From a virus (taxonomy: Duplodnaviria > Caudoviricetes): a DNA stretch of 55,396 nt. The stretch covers positions 1-55,396 of IMG/VR virus record IMGVR_UViG_3300049926_000093. One strand, written 5' to 3'. Below, one piece after another: positions 18,987-27,772 of the stretch (position 1 is the stretch's first letter; each line of letters starts with the position of its first letter). The notes beneath the pieces were generated by a model that was not told the origin of the DNA, did not search any database, and saw nothing but the letters and a program-made list of their open reading frames with translations. Position numbers and translations under genes: made by a program.

Positions 18987-19559
18987 CTATCTTTTAAAAC
19001 TTTTTGCTTCAAGCTGTTTCAGCTTTTCAGATATAAAGCCTTTCATTACCTCATCAGTGCCTGATAGTTGTGAATCACCTCTGGCACCATATTCAGAAAA
19101 ATATATATCCGCGAGATGGTTTGAAACCTCAATTTTTTCGCTAAATGTTTTCGCTTTACCCACAAAAAATGCCAACTCATGCTTAAAAAAGGCTGTTTTG
19201 CATGTTTGCCGCACAATGAAACCAGTGCCAGAACTCTCATAAGAAGATATTGTTGATGAATATTTAATGCCATTAATTAGCGCGTCTGTTTCTATAATAG
19301 AAAGACGTTTGCTTAAATCCGTCGCCCTATTTCTGTTATCAAGAATTTCTTTATATTCTTTACCGCTAACATCAGCGTCAGGCTCTAGATATGTGTCACA
19401 AAATTCGATACCGTTTAGAATATTCGGCGTTATTAGCTTTATAATAGCCGCCGCCTCTCTATAACCGACCACGCCTTTTTCTATCATGCTTATCAGCGTT
19501 TCGGCATCATCTAGCTGAGAAGCGTTTAATTCTAGCGCGTCTTCTATATATTTATTCAC
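18987..19559 (-). CDS. Hypothetical protein
   Basis: N-terminal half resembles 19556..19876 (CD..LE...S.....E...). Confidence 0.6.
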   Translation of the reverse strand: MNKYIEDALELNASQLDDAETLISMIEKGVVGYREAAAIIKLITPNILNGIEFCDTYLEPDADVSGKEYKEILDNRNRATDLSKRLSIIETDALINGIKYSSTISSYESSGTGFIVRQTCKTAFFKHELAFFVGKAKTFSEKIEVSNHLADIYFSEYGARGDSQLSGTDEVMKGFISEKLKQLEAKSFKR

Positions 19560-19876
19560 GACACGCCCCCCATTTTTTTCACATTATTCATCAAGCTTTC
19601 AATTATCATTTTCGTATTAACTTTTGAAACCCTATCATAAAAATCAATTGACAAAGCTTTTTGCTTGCAAAGCTCTTCGCGATCAAAATCACTTATTACG
19701 TTCTTTTTTTCAAGAAACAAATCACAATAATCCATTGCTGAAAAAACATATCTACACATTTTATCCATCTCTTTCTTGCTCTTTTTTAAAGCTCCACCCT
19801 CTATTAATGCCAGTTCTTTAATTGAATTCTCTATTAGAAATCTTGTGTCTTCTAGCTGTCTCGTAATTTTTCGCAT
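19556..19876 (-). CDS. Hypothetical protein
   Basis: GGGGG SD; 4-bp overlap with the next gene. Confidence 0.6.
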   Translation of the reverse strand: MRKITRQLEDTRFLIENSIKELALIEGGALKKSKKEMDKMCRYVFSAMDYCDLFLEKKNVISDFDREELCKQKALSIDFYDRVSKVNTKMIIESLMNNVKKMGGVS

Positions 19877-19906
19877 TTTACACCCCCACAGGAAAATGTT
19901 ATTTAC

Positions 19907-20113
19907 TTAAAATTTCCCCTTTAATACTCTTTCTTTTACTCGCTCACTTTCAGACACATCACCGCTAATGTATATTTTATTGAGCTCCTCTTTTTTTATA
20001 GATAAAAGCTCCCTTAAAATAGCATCCCCCTCGCCTTCTTGTTTGCTTCTAAAAATTTTCAATTGCACCTCAGCTTCTCTTATAAGTTTGTCTATGTTAT
20101 CTTTTGTTTTCAT
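19907..20113 (-). CDS. Hypothetical protein
   Basis: ATG 20113 preceded by GGAGGT. Confidence 0.55.
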   Translation of the reverse strand: MKTKDNIDKLIREAEVQLKIFRSKQEGEGDAILRELLSIKKEELNKIYISGDVSESERVKERVLKGKF

Positions 20114-20172
20114 GACACCTACCTCCATTCCTACTTATAACTACAAACATCTGAAAATCTTCTTGCACTTAC

Positions 20173-20202
20173 ATTATAGTACAAAAACATAAATATGTTT
20201 TT
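20173..20202 (-). promoter_or_regulatory. Leftward -10 (TATAAT) with an adjacent 9-bp inverted-repeat operator
   Basis: attata at 20173-20178; AAAAACATA-aa-TATGTTTTT at 20183-20202, divergent from an RHH gene. Confidence 0.55.
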
Positions 20203-20269
20203 ATTCTTTGCATGAAATGCGTTTTAATGTTAAGATTGAGGGTGTTTTTTTAATTATTAAGGGATTCTT

Positions 20270-20452
20270 ATGAAAGAACGGATGGCAAAAAGGAATTTTG
20301 TGGAAAAGGGAACGAATAAACTATCTAGAACTACCATTTATCTTCCCGAAGAATTAAAGAGGGCCCTAAAAACAAAGGCTGCCGCTGAGGGGATCACAAT
20401 GGTAAAAATAATTGTAGGCCTGGTTGAAGAATACGTAAAAAGAAAAAGTTAA
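20270..20452 (+). CDS. Ribbon-helix-helix (CopG/ParG-like) DNA-binding protein
   Basis: RTTIYLPEELKRALKTKAAAEGITMVKIIVGLVEEY. Confidence 0.85.
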   Translation: MKERMAKRNFVEKGTNKLSRTTIYLPEELKRALKTKAAAEGITMVKIIVGLVEEYVKRKS

Positions 20453-20458
20453 AAACCT

Positions 20459-20827
20459 CTATCCTGTAATAAATTTCTCAAGCTCCTCAATATTGAGGGG
20501 CTTCGTCATATGAGCGTCTATCTTGACGCCCTGCATTTCATCTTGATCGTGATTCGTCGCGCTAACAACTATTATAGTAGCCGTCGGCTGTTTGCTGTTG
20601 TGTCTAATATGTTTCGCTACCTCGAAGCCGCTCATGTCGGGTAGGCCTATATCAAGGAGAATAGCATCATATAATTTACCCCCTTCGATTTTGCAAATTG
20701 CTTCGCTACCAGACATAGCTACGTCTACACTATAACCGTTATCTTGCAAACGTAGCCCTACCACTTTTACGACAAGCTCGTTGTCTTCTACAAGTAAAAT
20801 ACTTTTTTTACTATTATTATCCTGCAT
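20459..20827 (-). CDS. Single-domain response regulator (receiver)
   Basis: LLVEDN, LLD59IGLPDMSG, S89, K109-P. Confidence 0.95.
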   Translation of the reverse strand: MQDNNSKKSILLVEDNELVVKVVGLRLQDNGYSVDVAMSGSEAICKIEGGKLYDAILLDIGLPDMSGFEVAKHIRHNSKQPTATIIVVSATNHDQDEMQGVKIDAHMTKPLNIEELEKFITG

Positions 20828-20832
20828 TATCG

Positions 20833-22002
20833 CTAAGCCTCAGCCAGTTCCTGTTCAATTAATGACAGCTTGTATGGTATCAATATTTTAAATACAGAGC
20901 CGCCACCTTCCCTATTGTCTACGCTGTAAACTTCGCCGCCGATATCTTCCAGAAATTTACTAACTATCCGCAACCCTAAACCATGGCCTTCATAAATCCC
21001 CTTATACGATGGGGTTATTCTAGTAAAACGTTCAAAAATAATACCTTTCTTATCCTCTGGGATTCCTATGCCTGTATCCTCTATGTTAAATTGCACAACT
21101 ATATTTTTTCCCGATTTTTTTATTAAAGATGCGGAAAGTCTTACATGTCCTTTATTTGTGAATTTTATAGCATTTGATAAAAGATTCATTAGTACTCGAT
21201 GGGTTCTCAAAGAATCGCCGATTATTTTTTTGGGGATTCTTTCATCAATGTTAACGCTAAATTTCAATTTTTTTTCAAAAGCGAGCGGAGACATAAGGTC
21301 ACTTAAACCAATCAATATGCCGTGCAAATTAAATACTTTATTTTGTACATTTCCTTCAACTTCTTCTATCTGTATAATTTCAACGACTTCATTTAGCATT
21401 CTAAGATGCTCGCTGGCTGCATTATAAGCGGAATTAAGCAAGTCTTTTTTTTCATCGTCTTCTTCAGCATCCCTAAAATGTTCAATAATCCCCATTATTG
21501 ATGAGAAAGGCGTCCTTATATCGTGCCTCATGTTATACAAAAATTCTTTTTTTGATTGTTCAGAAATTTTGGCTCGCTCAGTCGCTATCAAAAACGCTTG
21601 CTCCATAACTTTAAACTTCGTAATATCGACAGACACGCCAACTATACCGACAACATCGCCAATATCATTCCACAGAGGTTTTTTTGTTGTAAAAAAATGC
21701 TTTTGGCCGCCAACAGCAATCATCGGACACTCTTCTATTTCAATAGTTTTTTTTGTTAAAATAACCTCCTTGTCTATTTTTTCTAAATTTTCAGAAATAT
21801 CTTTCCACGGCAGTTGATTATCCTTTTTTCCGATAAGTTCATCTCGAGACTCCACCCCCGACATATTAAGCATGAATCGATTGCAGCTTATATATTTTAA
21901 GTCTAAATCTTTGGCGTAAATACTGACACCAGGAACGCAGTCAATCATTTGCATAACTAAGTTATCAAGTTCTTTCTTGTGATTTTTGTTGTTCTTTTCC
22001 AC
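20833..22002 (-). CDS. Cytoplasmic PAS-domain sensor histidine kinase
   Basis: PAS/PAC ending GIVGVSVDIT; H-box NMRHDIRTP; N-box NLLSNAIKFT; DTGIGI; GHGLGL; no TM helix. Confidence 0.95.
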   Translation of the reverse strand: MEKNNKNHKKELDNLVMQMIDCVPGVSIYAKDLDLKYISCNRFMLNMSGVESRDELIGKKDNQLPWKDISENLEKIDKEVILTKKTIEIEECPMIAVGGQKHFFTTKKPLWNDIGDVVGIVGVSVDITKFKVMEQAFLIATERAKISEQSKKEFLYNMRHDIRTPFSSIMGIIEHFRDAEEDDEKKDLLNSAYNAASEHLRMLNEVVEIIQIEEVEGNVQNKVFNLHGILIGLSDLMSPLAFEKKLKFSVNIDERIPKKIIGDSLRTHRVLMNLLSNAIKFTNKGHVRLSASLIKKSGKNIVVQFNIEDTGIGIPEDKKGIIFERFTRITPSYKGIYEGHGLGLRIVSKFLEDIGGEVYSVDNREGGGSVFKILIPYKLSLIEQELAEA

Positions 22003-22711
22003 GCGCTTCTCCGAGTATAAATTGATCGCTGTTTTTAATTATCGCCTCTACTTTTAAAAATCCCTGCCGCTCATCAATCATAATGCCTTTATTAAAAATT
22101 TCTATTAAGAAATCTGGAGGTTTGTTGTAAGCGAAGACCGATGATTTTACTTGTAGAATATAAGAAGTTTTTATAAAAAGAGGGAACTCATGTAAAAAAT
22201 ATTTGACCGCTATGTTTATTTTTTCTTCTGTAATTTCATCCACCTTTTCACTTAACGATAAAATATGATGGGCTGTTTGAATGCAGGCATCTTTAAATTC
22301 TTTGTTGGTATCAAACATAGAAAGACAATGATTGTAAACTTCTTGATATCTTACGTTAGAAAGCAGTGCGCTTATTGTAACGATCGTATCTTCTGATTTA
22401 CCAAGCCTACTTAAAGCCTTAGCGGCTTTGTTTCTCAAATAACAATCTTGTCTTTTTGTCTTTCGTTCCGCATCTTGCTTTTCATAACCGATTGCTTGAA
22501 GTGTGTAGCTAGATATAAAGTCGGGTATGAATAAATGCACGCTTTCAAAATTTTTGAAAGCCCACTCCGTCAATCTAAAAATTCTTTCTTCTGAAAAATA
22601 ACTATTGAACGGGCTAATGCCAATCAGTATGTGTTTTTTTTCTTTATAGATTAGCTTTGATTGTTGGCCTATCGGGCATGCTTCTACTTCTGAAAAATCA
22701 GATAATTCCAT
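21965..22711 (-). CDS. tRNA-dependent cyclodipeptide synthase (AlbC/YvmC-like)
   Basis: HILIGIS33PFN36SYFS, Y171FLHE175FP, AY195, C-terminal QGF; 248 aa. Confidence 0.92.
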   Translation of the reverse strand: MELSDFSEVEACPIGQQSKLIYKEKKHILIGISPFNSYFSEERIFRLTEWAFKNFESVHLFIPDFISSYTLQAIGYEKQDAERKTKRQDCYLRNKAAKALSRLGKSEDTIVTISALLSNVRYQEVYNHCLSMFDTNKEFKDACIQTAHHILSLSEKVDEITEEKINIAVKYFLHEFPLFIKTSYILQVKSSVFAYNKPPDFLIEIFNKGIMIDERQGFLKVEAIIKNSDQFILGEARGKEQQKSQERT

Positions 22712-22815
22712 CTCAATTGCTCCCCTCGTTGGGCAAAAGTTTTAATTTTTTTCGCGAGGAGAGCTTTCGCATCAACTCACTTCGACGCGGAAAATATCAC
22801 CATTCGTTATACTAT

Positions 22816-23070
22816 TCAACCAACTTGTATATATCCATGCGACACACGCCGTTTTTTGACTTGCTCTATATAGTCATGAACCACGCTCTTATCATTAAAA
22901 GTAAGATTTTCTAAGTTAACGCCGCGCTTCCCTGCCCCGCCCCATATTTTGGTCACAACGAATTCGCCAAACGGCGTTGGCTGTATTGCAATTGTGTAAT
23001 ACCTATGTAGTGCAACTTTGCTATCATCCCTGATTATTTTCTCCCATCGAAAAAAAACGGGATCAGACAT
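22816..23070 (-). CDS. WGR-domain protein
   Basis: RYYTIAIQPTPFGEFVVTKIWGGAGKRG...KRRVSHGY (WGG in place of WGR). Confidence 0.75.
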   Translation of the reverse strand: MSDPVFFRWEKIIRDDSKVALHRYYTIAIQPTPFGEFVVTKIWGGAGKRGVNLENLTFNDKSVVHDYIEQVKKRRVSHGYIQVG

Positions 23071-23101
23071 TCTTTATATTTCTCCAATAGTTTATTGTCA
23101 A

Positions 23102-23536
23102 TCAGAAGGGAATATCATCAAAATTTTCAGGCATAATGCCAGGATAAGTTTCAAGCTTTTCATCTTTCGATTTATCAGGAAACGATCCTTGTTCACCACC
23201 ACGGCTATCTAACATTTGCAGCTCTTTTCCAAGAATCTTTGTTGCTTGTCTATCTTGCCCTTCTTTGTCTTTCCATTTTTGAGTTTGGAGCTTACCTTCA
23301 ATATAAACCTTTGACCCTTTTTTGAGAAACTCTCCAGCTATTTCAGCAAGACGACCAAAAAGAGCGACGTTGTGCCATTCTGTTTTATCATGATTTTCGC
23401 CTGTTTTTTTATCTTTCCAAGACTCGTTTGTCGCAATGCTGATATTTGTAAAAGCATCGCCGCTAGGCATGTAACGAATCTCTGGATCATTTCCTAGATT
23501 GCCGATTAAAATAACTTTGTTTACTCCTCTAGCCAT
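23102..23536 (-). CDS. ssb: Single-stranded DNA-binding protein
   Basis: [18 protein letters not shown]...TEWH...DDIPF. Confidence 0.97.
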   Translation of the reverse strand: MARGVNKVILIGNLGNDPEIRYMPSGDAFTNISIATNESWKDKKTGENHDKTEWHNVALFGRLAEIAGEFLKKGSKVYIEGKLQTQKWKDKEGQDRQATKILGKELQMLDSRGGEQGSFPDKSKDEKLETYPGIMPENFDDIPF

Positions 23537-23538
23537 GC

Positions 23539-24492
23539 TTATTCTCCCTTTTCTTCGTCACCAAAAAAATCTTGTGATACTTTTTCTGTTTCTTTTTCTT
23601 TCATTAACTGAATCTGTTTGTTTTTAAATGATTTTCTAACTAAGCCTTTATCTGTTTCATCGAGGGATTTTGCCTGCTCGCTAATATCGTTTAAAAGCTC
23701 TAATGTATCAGCCTTTTCTATTTTTTCTAAAATGGTTTTTTTATCTACAATTGGCTTTTCTTCTTGAGTATTTTTTGTTGTTTTTGTGCGAAGCTTGTCC
23801 CTGATAGAGTCAATTTTGTTAAGTTGACCAAATTGTTTTGTTATATTTTCTACTAGTTCCTCAACCTCAACTGAATCAAGCGTTTTCCCTTCCATTTCTT
23901 CCGCAGTTGGTTGAGAGCAAAATTCTGGAAATGCTTTTCTCAGTGCTTGGGCTTCCGCACATTTTGCAATTTGGCCAAAAGACCTTTTAGCCCACATGGC
24001 ATTAGGCTCTAGTTTTAATTGTTTGGTTATTTTATCTTTCCCCGCATTAGCATAATTTTCTAGCCAAAATTCTTTGGCCGGGAACTCTGCAATCACGTTA
24101 CCAACTAGCTTTTTAACAATAACACGCGACCATTCAGGAAATGTGAATTCCTTTTCTCCAAGCTTTTTTGTTATTAATGGCCCAAATTCAGGCTCTGTAG
24201 TGCCAACATGCAAGCCAGTACGGCTCGCTTGGATACGGTACAGCCCTACCCCAGGCATAACAACGTCGCGGAAGCTATATTCGCGAGCTTGAGAATCATA
24301 AACATTCATGGCCACTATATGTACTGGTTTTTGCATAACATCTAATTTTGCTGCTTTACAATATGAAACCACCATGGCAATGCTTTCATCTTTTGCCCCA
24401 GGATAAATACTGCTTTTAAGTGCGGAATAAATGTATTTGTCAATTCCAAAAGACTCAATTATTGCTGGTACTTCAATTTCATTAGATGACAT
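23539..24492 (-). CDS. bet: Phage recombinase (Bet/RecT family)
   Basis: [22 protein letters not shown]...TAEEM; ATG 24492 with AGGAG SD. Confidence 0.9.
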   Translation of the reverse strand: MSSNEIEVPAIIESFGIDKYIYSALKSSIYPGAKDESIAMVVSYCKAAKLDVMQKPVHIVAMNVYDSQAREYSFRDVVMPGVGLYRIQASRTGLHVGTTEPEFGPLITKKLGEKEFTFPEWSRVIVKKLVGNVIAEFPAKEFWLENYANAGKDKITKQLKLEPNAMWAKRSFGQIAKCAEAQALRKAFPEFCSQPTAEEMEGKTLDSVEVEELVENITKQFGQLNKIDSIRDKLRTKTTKNTQEEKPIVDKKTILEKIEKADTLELLNDISEQAKSLDETDKGLVRKSFKNKQIQLMKEKETEKVSQDFFGDEEKGE

Positions 24493-24508
24493 TAAAAAAC
24501 TCCTATTG

Positions 24509-25327
24509 TTAATTGAAGGCCCAGCTGGGCAACGTAATATATTTCTGCTCGTAGCCAGGCCAGTTATTTTTTTCCAAACATTCTTTATATTGAACCAACA
24601 GTTTTTTAAACTCTTCTCTACCTTTTTCAATAGCGTTCTTATCTAAAAAATAGATTGCCGTTAAATAAGGCTTTAATTTTTCAACAGCTATAAATATAAA
24701 TTCATCAACTTGTCTATTCATTTGAGCTTTAATACCTTCCGATATCATCGCTGCTTGAACATGGTAGCCGTAATTGTAAACTGAGCGTTGAAATGCTTTC
24801 TCTGATGCGTTGATTGTCGTTTTCAAATCACATACAATAACTACATTGGCTCCGATTTCATGTAAAATGTCAGGGCGGCACTTGCATAAAACCCCCGTAT
24901 CTGGGTCAATCCAATATATAGATTTTTCATAAGATGCTTTTTGTATTAACTCTAAAATGAACGGGTCTGCGTTTATTGAATTAACCATTCCAAGCAATGT
25001 TTGGTATTCATCGTAAGTTAATATCGTCTTTCCTACATTATCTTCCGTGAACTTCTTTATATATTCCTTGCCTTTTTTTGTTCTCTTATCTACCTTCATA
25101 TCCTCATAGACAAAATCACGCTTGAAAAGATGTGGCTCTAGAATATACGGGTGAAATGCTGCCCCAAATTCTTTAGCGGGCGTGGACTTTTCAGGCTCTC
25201 TATCTTCTTTTAAATATTGATTCCAATAATGTCTTGGTGTTTTGCTGAATGTCATCAACCCACTACGACTTATCCCCTCAGAAAAATGATATTCTTCATT
25301 AGTAATGTCATAAATCCCAGGTTTCAT
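24509..25327 (-). CDS. RecE-like exonuclease (PD-(D/E)XK, exonuclease VIII/DUF3799-like)
   Basis: PGIY.ITNEEYH...ISRSGL...G.AFH..ILEP...KCRPD...DLKTT...YGYHVQAA. Confidence 0.9.
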   Translation of the reverse strand: MKPGIYDITNEEYHFSEGISRSGLMTFSKTPRHYWNQYLKEDREPEKSTPAKEFGAAFHPYILEPHLFKRDFVYEDMKVDKRTKKGKEYIKKFTEDNVGKTILTYDEYQTLLGMVNSINADPFILELIQKASYEKSIYWIDPDTGVLCKCRPDILHEIGANVVIVCDLKTTINASEKAFQRSVYNYGYHVQAAMISEGIKAQMNRQVDEFIFIAVEKLKPYLTAIYFLDKNAIEKGREEFKKLLVQYKECLEKNNWPGYEQKYITLPSWAFN

Positions 25328-25430
25328 ATTGTTTTTTTAAAGCCTCCGCCTTGATTTTAGGTATTTAACTATTTTTTTAAAAAATTTCCTTACTTTCAAG
25401 TACGCACTACTTTTCTTTTTTGCCATTATC

Positions 25431-25856
25431 TCAATCCTTTGAGTTTGCCGCCCGCTTCGCTGGTTCGTCGTATAATCCATCGTATAAATCAATGGCATCT
25501 TCTGCCGCCTTATTTCGTCTATTCTGCTCTGAGTTGTAGGCCTCATTCGCGCTTCTTATTAGTGCGTCAATCTCGTCGAGATAAACACATATCGCATTCT
25601 CTTCTAAACGCTCTAAAAGCTTCTTTCCGATGACATCTTTTAATGCTCGATTATTTTCACCGACATACTCAGCGAGCAATAACGGCATTTCATCGTCGAC
25701 AACAATGCAATTGTATAAATCGCACTTTTTCTCGCTCTTGATTAGTGATGACGTTATTTCCCCAAGCTCTTCCCTGTCTAAATCCTTGGCAGTTTTTCTT
25801 CCTAAAAACGCCAAGTTCTCAACTTTTTGAAAAACGCTCTGCTCGCCGATTTTCAT
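25431..25856 (-). CDS. Hypothetical protein
   Basis: ORF with GGGAG SD in the leftward operon. Confidence 0.55.
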   Translation of the reverse strand: MKIGEQSVFQKVENLAFLGRKTAKDLDREELGEITSSLIKSEKKCDLYNCIVVDDEMPLLLAEYVGENNRALKDVIGKKLLERLEENAICVYLDEIDALIRSANEAYNSEQNRRNKAAEDAIDLYDGLYDEPAKRAANSKD

Positions 25857-25908
25857 ATCTACTACCCCCTTTTTTAATCGTCCTTGACCGCTTTTTATTG
25901 GGATATCT

Positions 25909-26166
25909 CTACTCGTCTAAAAAAATACTATATTTTTCGACAAGCCTTTCAAGAACGCCGTCTATCTCATTTATAATGGACTTGCTTATTTCATCCCACA
26001 GAGGCTTCTTGTGCCGATTAACATAGCAACTAACTTCGCACTCCAACTCCCATATCATCTTCTTTAACTGTTGCCGAACAGCAACCAATGTATTTGCCAT
26101 CTGAAGATGCAAAGCCATCTCGTCTTCATCAAGCACAAGCGTATAGGTGCGTTTTGCGATTTCCAT
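25909..26166 (-). CDS. Hypothetical protein
   Basis: ORF with GAGGGG SD. Confidence 0.55.
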   Translation of the reverse strand: MEIAKRTYTLVLDEDEMALHLQMANTLVAVRQQLKKMIWELECEVSCYVNRHKKPLWDEISKSIINEIDGVLERLVEKYSIFLDE

Positions 26167-26242
26167 TTATTACCCCTCATCTCATTTTTTTAAAAATGAC
26201 AAGCGGCTAATATGTATTATACACATACATACAAGCATTGTC

Positions 26243-26267
26243 TAGTATAGTATAGTATAGTATAGTA
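26243..26267. repeat. (TAGTA)5 tandem repeat
   Basis: Five exact copies in the AT-rich gap downstream of the par genes. Confidence 0.85.
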
Positions 26268-26341
26268 TATATTAATATATATTTGTATATATAGTGATAT
26301 ATTAGTTCCAGCTTTGATAATATAGCTTAGTGTATAAAAAC

Positions 26342-26662
26342 TTATATCTCATCGGCCGAGATAACGATTATTTCCCCCGCTTTCTTTATTTCCTCAAGCC
26401 CCCTCAAAATCAAATAATTAAGCACTACCTGGGCGCTTCCATTGCAATATTTTTCGATATCATCAGCAACATTCTTTTTCAGATAAATTAGTTGGGGTGC
26501 TTTTAGACAATCGGCTCGCCTGTTCCTTCCCGTGATAGAAAGTAGAATTTTTCTATTTTTTTTGTTTTTCGCAGGAATTAACTCTTTGTTAGCGCCTTCA
26601 ATAAAATCGTCAAATGAAGGCTTCGATTTACTTTTGTTTTTAAGATGATCAAATTTGCTCAT
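26342..26662 (-). CDS. Small ParA partner (type Ib centromere-binding candidate)
   Basis: Directly follows parA; FDDFIEGA N-terminus and RHH-like C-terminus. Confidence 0.6.
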   Translation of the reverse strand: MSKFDHLKNKSKSKPSFDDFIEGANKELIPAKNKKNRKILLSITGRNRRADCLKAPQLIYLKKNVADDIEKYCNGSAQVVLNYLILRGLEEIKKAGEIIVISADEI

Positions 26663-26666
26663 AAAA

Positions 26667-27428
26667 TTAATCCCTATTTTTTGAATTTATGTATGTTTCC
26701 AATGTTGAAAAATCTGCCCCTGAAAAATCTGTACCAAATACTTCTTTATAAAGATTGCAGAATTCTATTGATCCTTTATATAGGTAATCTTTGACTTTAT
26801 ATTTGGGTAAACTTTGTCTTCTTTCTTCTTCATATTCAACGACTGCCTGACTTTTTCCGTAAGCATTTTGTATTGACATCCTGTTACAAATAACGGTTGT
26901 AGACAAACTCAAATATTCATATGTGCTAACTAACTCTTTAGCATCTATGGTGTCAGAAGAACTTCCGATTAAAATAGGTACTTGTGTTAAAAGAATGCGG
27001 CAATTTAATTTTTCATTGTGAGATCGGGCAAGATAGACGATCTCATCCATCGTTTGTAAAGTCTCTAAATCTGGAGTGCTAGCTTTAAAGGGAGAATACA
27101 TATCAGTGACGCACGAGGCGGCCATCGCAGATCGAAGTTCCACAGAATCAGCTCCACCTACATCAACAATAACGGTTTCATATCGAGTGTTTAGGCTGTT
27201 TAGCTCTTCATGTATGTATTTCCCATAAATTTTAACGCAATCTGGTGTTGGCTTTAATCCAATTTCTTTTCGCCGATTTATGAATTTTATACTAGATGCT
27301 TGCTTTGCAATTGTTGCGTCCACAAGCATGACATCATGCCCCATTATAGCCGCCATGATTGATAAGTTTACGGCAGTGGTGGTTTTACCCGTTCCGCCTT
27401 TTTCTCCACCGATTAATATAACTGCCAT
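26667..27428 (-). CDS. parA: ParA family partition ATPase
   Basis: Deviant Walker A GGEKGGTGKTT, VMLVDA, VIVDVGGADSVELRSAM. Confidence 0.92.
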   Translation of the reverse strand: MAVILIGGEKGGTGKTTTAVNLSIMAAIMGHDVMLVDATIAKQASSIKFINRRKEIGLKPTPDCVKIYGKYIHEELNSLNTRYETVIVDVGGADSVELRSAMAASCVTDMYSPFKASTPDLETLQTMDEIVYLARSHNEKLNCRILLTQVPILIGSSSDTIDAKELVSTYEYLSLSTTVICNRMSIQNAYGKSQAVVEYEEERRQSLPKYKVKDYLYKGSIEFCNLYKEVFGTDFSGADFSTLETYINSKNRD

Positions 27429-27684
27429 TTTTCCACCCCTCGAATAAAAATAATTACTATTATCTATATTAAGATAGTTTTATCTATATAAAAACATAAA
27501 ACACTTATTTTATTATCACGATATTAATATTATTTAAATTAAAAAATATTAATTTAATATATATTGTCTTATATTAAATTATATAAGTATATATAAATAT
27601 ATATGTCGCGTTATTACTAGGCGATATAGATATTTTTTTCGTTTCTATTGATTTGTTTGCTTAGATAAAGCAGGATTGTCGGGC

Positions 27685-27772
27685 AAAAAAAAAAGCCCAA
27701 CTAACTAGAGAACTTTCGAGGGGCTCAAGTTAGCTGGGCATCTTATCGCTTTCTATACGTTGGGGAATAGCA
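27685..27772 (-). ncRNA. Putative antisense (countertranscript) RNA in the repA leader
   Basis: Minus-strand TTGATT-N16-TAGAAT at 27806-27779; 12-bp stem 27695-27739 followed by U10. Confidence 0.45.
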
